DNA from: an uncultured bacterium
GTDB lineage: Bacteria; Chloroflexota; UBA5177; JANWHV01
Reading direction: 5' to 3'
Assembly: GCA_963827235.1 (NCBI GenBank)
Contig: CAWHAE010000009.1
Span: forward strand, 768,001 to 832,000
Length of the DNA: 64,000 nucleotides
This document shows positions 59,042-64,000 of the stretch, piece by piece. The notes beneath the pieces were generated by a model. The model was not told the origin of the DNA. It did not search any database and saw only the letters and a program-made list of their open reading frames with translations. Within the stretch, counting starts at the first letter, position 1, and every line of letters begins with the position of its first letter. Made by a program: the position numbers and the translations under genes.

Positions 59042-61474
59042 TCAGTCGACGGCCGCCAGGCTGAACAGCAAGGAATCGGCTTCCTGCTCGTCGAGCAACG
59101 TGGCCTTGGGATCGACGAGACGCGTGACGACGACCTCCACGCGTCCGCTGCTGTCCAGCAGGGCGAAGCCGTCGCCGCGATAGGCGTGGTGTGCCGGAAT
59201 CACACTGACCACCACGCCCGCCAGCGACTGCAGCGCGAGGGGACTGACTCCCGTGCCGACGAAGGGCGCGCTCGGCTTGAGCGAGCGCAGGGCATCCGCC
59301 TGCAGCTGCGCCGCGGTGGGCGCTTTGGTGTAGCGGCGAGCCGAGAGGGTGATGGTGAGTCGCCCGTCCCGCGATCCGAAAACGTCCGTGGTGCCCACCC
59401 GGTGCCACGTCACGGGCAGGTCAACGCGCAAGTGCGGCAGGGACAGCGTTCTGCTCGTCACGCGGGACGCCGCGATTTCGCTGCGCGCCCCAAGCATCGT
59501 GACCAGCCCGCCCTGCACGCCCGGCATGAGGCGTGCCAGTGTCTTCAGGGTGACCTGGGCGGTTGCACTGGGAATGGCAAAGCCGAACTGGCCGGGCATT
59601 GCGCAGGTCGTCTGCTCATCGAGCCTCAGGGTATTGATACCCACGACCAGGCCGCGAGTGTCGAGCAGCGGGCCGCCGCTGTTGCCCTGGGTGACGGACG
59701 CGTCGTGCTGGATCCAGCCTGCTCCACCGCACTTGCCAAGATCACGGGCTGTGGCATTGATCTCGCCGCGCGTGACGGAAGGAGGGCCGAGCAGGTTGAA
59801 GGCATCGCCGTAGCCCACGGCCACGACCGGCGTGAGCGGTGTGAGCCTGGTCGAATCGCCCCACTGCAACGGCCGCAGCGTGGTCGGCTGTATGAGCAGG
59901 ATTGCCAGGTCTTGCGTGGTGCCGTCGTCCGCGCCGGTAGTGAGCAAGGCTACTACCGAGTAGCGCGTGCGGCCATCGGGCAGATAGACGGCGAGCTTAT
60001 CCCTGGTGACGCCGTCGACCACGTGCTTGTTCGTGGCAAGGTAGGTACCGGTGGCGTCGGCGCGAATGACAAAGGCACTGCCCTGCTCGGCCAGGTCCCC
60101 AGGCAGCAGTTTCACCACGCGGAGCACGCTAGGCTCAACGCATTTGCCGAACGTGGCCGTGGTGATCGCGGCGCAGCCGGTAGCAGGTGGAAGCGGGACG
60201 TGGTGTGGCGACGGCGTCGGACCGCCGGGTGGTGGCGCGGCCGGGCTCGCGGACGGTCCCACGATCGCCATGCTCTTGCCGTAGGCGGCTCCGATGCTCT
60301 GGACATGCCCGAGCCCGGCTACGCGCTGCGGACTTCCGCGGCTGTTGGTCGTGGTGTCGCCGAGCTGCCCATACTCGTCGTCGCCCCAAGCCCAGACCGA
60401 GCCGTTGGCCAGCAGGGCCAGACTATGAGAGGAACCGGCGGCAATTGCCGTCACGCCACTCAACCCGGCGACCTGCTGCGGGCTGCTGCGCATGTACACG
60501 TTGGCCACTTCGGGGCTGATGCCGAGCTGGCCGTAGCGATTGTTGCCCCACGCCCACACGGTGCCGTTCTGCGCCAGCGCCAGTACGTGGCCTGCACCGG
60601 CGGCAAGGGCTTTCACGCCGCTCAGGCCGGGAACGAGCAGCGGCTTGGCGACGCTACTGCCGGTAATCGTGTCGTCTTCCCCCAGCTGGCCGTACTCGTT
60701 ATTGCCCCAGGCCCAGACCGATCCGTCCCTCGCCACCGCCAGACTGAACGAATCGCCCGCGGCGACGACACGCGCCGTGGGTAGGCCGGGCACCTGCTGC
60801 GGCAAGCTGCGCCGGTAGGCCGCGCTCTGAGGCACGCCGAGCTGGCCGTAGCCGTTGTCGCCCCACGCCCAGACGGTGCCGTCATTCTTCAGTGCCAGAC
60901 CAAAGCCGGCGCCGGCGGCGATTTGCTTTACGCCGCTCAGACCGGCAACACGCTGCGGCACGACGCTTCTGTACGATGCCGTGGGATCGATGCCGAGCTG
61001 GCCCAGTTGGTTCTCTCCCCAGGCCCAAACCGTGCCGTCCGTCGCCAGCGCCAGGCTGAAATAGTCGCCCGCGGCCACGGCGCGTACGCTCTTCAACCCG
61101 GCTACCTGCTGTGGAATGCCGAATCCGGTGCTGTTGGGGCCGAGGCCGAGCTGGCCATAGCCGTTGTTGCCCCAGACCCACAGCGATCCGTCCGTGGTCA
61201 CCGCCAGCACGTGACTGGAGCCTGCCGTGACGGCGCGCGCGCCACTCAGCCCGGGCACGCGCCACGGGCTGAGCCGGTTGGTCGTGCTGCCGTCGGCTAT
61301 CTCACCACTGCCGTTGTAGCCCCATATCCAGACAGTCGCGCTCGATGCCGCCCGGACCACGGAGCCCATGGACGACGCCTGCGTCGCCGGAAGCGCGGCC
61401 GGCACCGCCAGGAACAACGCGCAGAGCAGCGCGCCGCGGGCCAGAAGAGAGGTGACCAAAGACGATCCCCGCAT
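59042..61474 (-). CDS. Secreted RCC1-repeat beta-propeller + trypsin-like serine protease
   Basis: Signal peptide; ~7 repeats AAG...SLAL..DG.VWAWG.N.YGQLG; triad TNKH / QDLA / GNSGG; extra C-terminal domain. Confidence 0.88.
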   Translation of the reverse strand: MRGSSLVTSLLARGALLCALFLAVPAALPATQASSMGSVVRAASSATVWIWGYNGSGEIADGSTTNRLSPWRVPGLSGARAVTAGSSHVLAVTTDGSLWVWGNNGYGQLGLGPNSTGFGIPQQVAGLKSVRAVAAGDYFSLALATDGTVWAWGENQLGQLGIDPTASYRSVVPQRVAGLSGVKQIAAGAGFGLALKNDGTVWAWGDNGYGQLGVPQSAAYRRSLPQQVPGLPTARVVAAGDSFSLAVARDGSVWAWGNNEYGQLGEDDTITGSSVAKPLLVPGLSGVKALAAGAGHVLALAQNGTVWAWGNNRYGQLGISPEVANVYMRSSPQQVAGLSGVTAIAAGSSHSLALLANGSVWAWGDDEYGQLGDTTTNSRGSPQRVAGLGHVQSIGAAYGKSMAIVGPSASPAAPPPGGPTPSPHHVPLPPATGCAAITTATFGKCVEPSVLRVVKLLPGDLAEQGSAFVIRADATGTYLATNKHVVDGVTRDKLAVYLPDGRTRYSVVALLTTGADDGTTQDLAILLIQPTTLRPLQWGDSTRLTPLTPVVAVGYGDAFNLLGPPSVTRGEINATARDLGKCGGAGWIQHDASVTQGNSGGPLLDTRGLVVGINTLRLDEQTTCAMPGQFGFAIPSATAQVTLKTLARLMPGVQGGLVTMLGARSEIAASRVTSRTLSLPHLRVDLPVTWHRVGTTDVFGSRDGRLTITLSARRYTKAPTAAQLQADALRSLKPSAPFVGTGVSPLALQSLAGVVVSVIPAHHAYRGDGFALLDSSGRVEVVVTRLVDPKATLLDEQEADSLLFSLAAVD

Positions 61475-61614
61475 AGCAGCACCCCCAGGATGTTGGTGCC
61501 GGCAACAGCCACCCGGGCCGAGGGTTGCCGAGCCCTGATCGAGAGTGCCGGTAGGATTGCGGGCGGTGACGCACGTTGCCTTCCGGAAGCAGGCGCCGGC
61601 ACGATTCACACACC

Positions 61615-61643
61615 ATTATGTTTGGCAAGTAATTACTTGTAAA
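61615..61643 (-). promoter_or_regulatory. Promoter with perfect 14-bp palindrome upstream of RCC1-protease
   Basis: Minus strand TTTACA-17 bp-CATAAT; palindrome CAAGTAATTACTTG at 61626-61639. Confidence 0.6.
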
Positions 61644-61696
61644 GATGTGTGTGATCGGCCGGCCGACTGGGCGGCGGGGGAAGGAACGGCGGCCCC

Positions 61697-62104
61697 TCAA
61701 GCGGACTTCGGGCCCGTGTACACGACCTCGAACAGAATGCGGTCGGGAGACTCGAACATCACCTGGTAGTAGGTCTGGCCCTCACCTTGCGAGAACTCCG
61801 GGCGATGGCGCGGTGTCTCGAAGAGCAGCTCCACGCTCCGCGCTCTGAGGTAGGCTACCGTCGCGTCGACGTCTGCCTGGGTCTCGGCGCCCAGGGCAAG
61901 GTGGTTCATTCCCGGCCCGTCGTAATCGTTGCCCACGTCTTTCACCTGGCTGGTGAACCAGAGACTGGTGCTCTCAGTGCCAACACCAATCGTTTCTTGG
62001 TCTTCATAGATGGTGTGCCAGGCAAGGAACGCCAGCAGGTCACGATAGAACGGCAGGTTCTCGGCCCGCACGTTGAGCTGAATGTGACTGAGTCCGGCTT
62101 TCAT
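61697..62104 (-). CDS. VOC/glyoxalase family protein
   Basis: LSHI.LNV...FY..L...L, G.NHLA, VD......L, YY.V.F..PD.I..EVV; SD AGGAG. Confidence 0.87.
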   Translation of the reverse strand: MKAGLSHIQLNVRAENLPFYRDLLAFLAWHTIYEDQETIGVGTESTSLWFTSQVKDVGNDYDGPGMNHLALGAETQADVDATVAYLRARSVELLFETPRHRPEFSQGEGQTYYQVMFESPDRILFEVVYTGPKSA

Positions 62105-62389
62105 CGAGCTAACTCCTTCTCCGCGTATACCCATCATCACGCCACGATCGGCACCTCGCACCGTCTCTCTGCAGTCTAGAGCCTGCCATTCGGAAGGCAA
62201 GAGGCGGGTCCGCATAACTCGATCTTCGCGGCGACCGCATGAATCCAGAGGCCCACGTAGGCGGACTTCGCCAGCAGCGATCGTATGTGCGGTACTGAAG
62301 TGTGTCGCTGTTTGCCGCGGCGCCGGAATGTCCGGGACAATGAGCTGAGGAGCCGGCAGCGGGTCCGGCAAGTGGAGGTATGGGCGGAT

Positions 62390-63238
62390 ATGAGCTTGTC
62401 CGACGCGATGGCGATCATCCCGGGACGGCGCCGCTGGCTGCGCAGGGGCGCGGGCGTGGTGCGTGCCCTGCCGGTAGAGGCGCGGCTGTTTCCCGAGCAC
62501 TCGTTTCTACGTATCGCTCACCGCGGTGCTGCCGCGCTCGAGCCGGAAAACAGCCTGCGTGGCATCGAGACGGCGCTGCGATTTGGCATTGAGATGGTGG
62601 AAGTCGACGTCCGGCCTTGCGCGGACGGCACGCTGGTGCTCAGCCATGACGACGATTTGAGGCGCGTGACCGGATACAGGGGCAGAGTAGGCGATTCCAC
62701 GCTGGCCACGCTGAAACAGCTGGACATCGGGAAGGGCGAACGAATCCCTACGCTCGAAGAAGCACTCGACCTGATGCGAGGGCGCGTCCTGGTCAATCTG
62801 GACCTGAAGAGGGACAGCAACGGCCCGGATTTGCTTCGTGTCGTCGATCGAGCCGGGCGGCGCGAGGAGACGATGCTGTCGGGCGGCGGCAGGCGCGGGT
62901 TCGCGGCTTTTCGCACCCTGGCACCCTCCATGCGCAGCGCGTGCAGCGTCGACGCGACCTGGCGCGGCTTGCCCGGCCGTCTGCTCGGTCGTTACCTGCC
63001 GGCAGGCGCGCGGGGCCAGGCGGGCTGGATCGTGAGAGCCACTCGGGCGGCTGGAGCGTACGGTCCCACGCTCGATTGGCGCCTTGCCGCTCCCGGCGTG
63101 GTTGACCTCGTCCATCGCGCAGGTATGCCGGTCCTCACCTGGACGGTAGACGACCTGCTCACGCTGAAGGCATTGCGTGCGGCGGGCGTGGACGGCGTGA
63201 CGAGCAATCGGCCCGACGTATTAGCGCAGCTCCAGTGA
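62390..63238 (+). CDS. Glycerophosphodiester phosphodiesterase
   Basis: IAHRG...PENS, E.DV...DG..V..HD..L.R.T, IPTL.E, WTVD, GVDG..SNRPD. Confidence 0.9.
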   Translation: MSLSDAMAIIPGRRRWLRRGAGVVRALPVEARLFPEHSFLRIAHRGAAALEPENSLRGIETALRFGIEMVEVDVRPCADGTLVLSHDDDLRRVTGYRGRVGDSTLATLKQLDIGKGERIPTLEEALDLMRGRVLVNLDLKRDSNGPDLLRVVDRAGRREETMLSGGGRRGFAAFRTLAPSMRSACSVDATWRGLPGRLLGRYLPAGARGQAGWIVRATRAAGAYGPTLDWRLAAPGVVDLVHRAGMPVLTWTVDDLLTLKALRAAGVDGVTSNRPDVLAQLQ

Positions 63239-63406
63239 CGTCCGGGCATATCTTCCTTGAACCATACCGCCGCTAGCGGATACGCTGGCCAGTGGTATCG
63301 GCCTCGGGTCGCGTTCATCGTGGCGCCTCCGGGTGCCTGCCATGTCTCCGCGGCACGCCTGGTGCCCCGCGTGTCGTCCCTTGCTGCGTCTCAGGTGGAC
63401 GTGGAC

Positions 63407-64000
63407 ATGCACGTTCTTGGCGTCGGAACCGACGAGCTCAGCCGTGATGCCGATCTGCCCTCGCGGCGGCAGCTGCTCCTGGCTGCCTATTGGTTCTCCT
63501 TGAGCTTCCAGGGTGGGGCGCTGCTCGGGCTCGGCGTGCCGCAGCAGCTGACGGATCTCAGCACTGCGTCGCGGGCCACGACACTGCTCGCGGTGTTGGG
63601 GGGTCTGGCGGGACTGATTACCGTGGTGGTCCAGCCGGCGGCCGGTGCCCTGAGCGATCTGTCGTCGAGCAAGTGGGGCAGGCGACGCCCCTATCTGATC
63701 GGCGGTGCCGCGATCGACGTGGTCGGGCTTCTGGCCATGGCGCAGGCAGCAACCCTGCCCGCGCTCTTCGCTGGGTTCCTGCTGGCAAGCTTCGGTGCCG
63801 GCGTGAGCGGCGCGGCCTACCAGGCATACATCCCGGATCACGTGCCGCCGAGGCAGTATGGCGAGGCATCCGGCTACCTGGGCGCCATGAGCATGCTCGG
63901 CACTATCACCAGCTTCGGCTTCGCGGCCATCATGCTCGGTCCGCAGCACGAGGGGCGGTTCTACCTGCTCAATGCCCTGTTGATCACCGCCGGGGCGCTG
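63407..64000 (+). CDS. MFS transporter (partial, runs off the window)
   Basis: Not in the ORF track. MHVLG...QP.AGALSD...S.WGRRRPYL (MFS motif A), hydrophobic helices, IPD.VP..Q.G.ASG..G. Confidence 0.85.
   Translation, partial: MHVLGVGTDELSRDADLPSRRQLLLAAYWFSLSFQGGALLGLGVPQQLTDLSTASRATTLLAVLGGLAGLITVVVQPAAGALSDLSSSKWGRRRPYLIGGAAIDVVGLLAMAQAATLPALFAGFLLASFGAGVSGAAYQAYIPDHVPPRQYGEASGYLGAMSMLGTITSFGFAAIMLGPQHEGRFYLLNALLITAGAL

Noticed and set aside
63342-63503. Cys/Trp-rich small ORF upstream of the MFS
   Set aside because: No SD and it overlaps the MFS start out of frame; likely spurious.

Overview
High-GC bacterial chromosomal window with no rRNA, tRNA, CRISPR array, integrase or transposase. 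The gene repertoire (rny-ymdB, Gram-positive-type sufCBDSU, a Uma2 remnant, STAND-TPR regulators) suggests a monoderm Terrabacterium, probably Chloroflexota; this is an inference. Layout: (1) 1-15 kb: partial rsgA-like gene with a candidate leader peptide; peptide ABC transporter with serine hydrolase, two tandem GNATs and an M20 peptidase; PHP hydrolase and carbohydrate ABC transporter behind Pho-box-like repeats. (2) 15-26 kb: GT39, GH13, an ApbE/ferric-reductase/small-membrane-protein trio, hydrolases, gene remnants, and PadR plus a ClpX-zinc-finger fusion. (3) 26-38 kb: accessory block of secreted and repeat proteins around an XRE-STAND-TPR regulator. (4) 38-55 kb: core genes (mshB-like, clpS, galK, ymdB, rny, gltX, tlpA, suf operon, Rrf2), with a densely structured unannotated ~270-nt intergenic RNA candidate next to gltX. 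(5) 55-64 kb: TIR-STAND-TPR NLR-like protein, VapBC-type TA pair, RCC1-trypsin protease, VOC, GDPD, MFS. Several genes, including rny and ymdB, carry clustered single-base frameshifts that look like long-read or assembly errors. Best leads: the TIR-STAND-TPR protein, the gltX-tlpA structured RNA, and the ApbE trio with a possible new flavinylation substrate. All calls come from motif recognition by eye; no searches were run.
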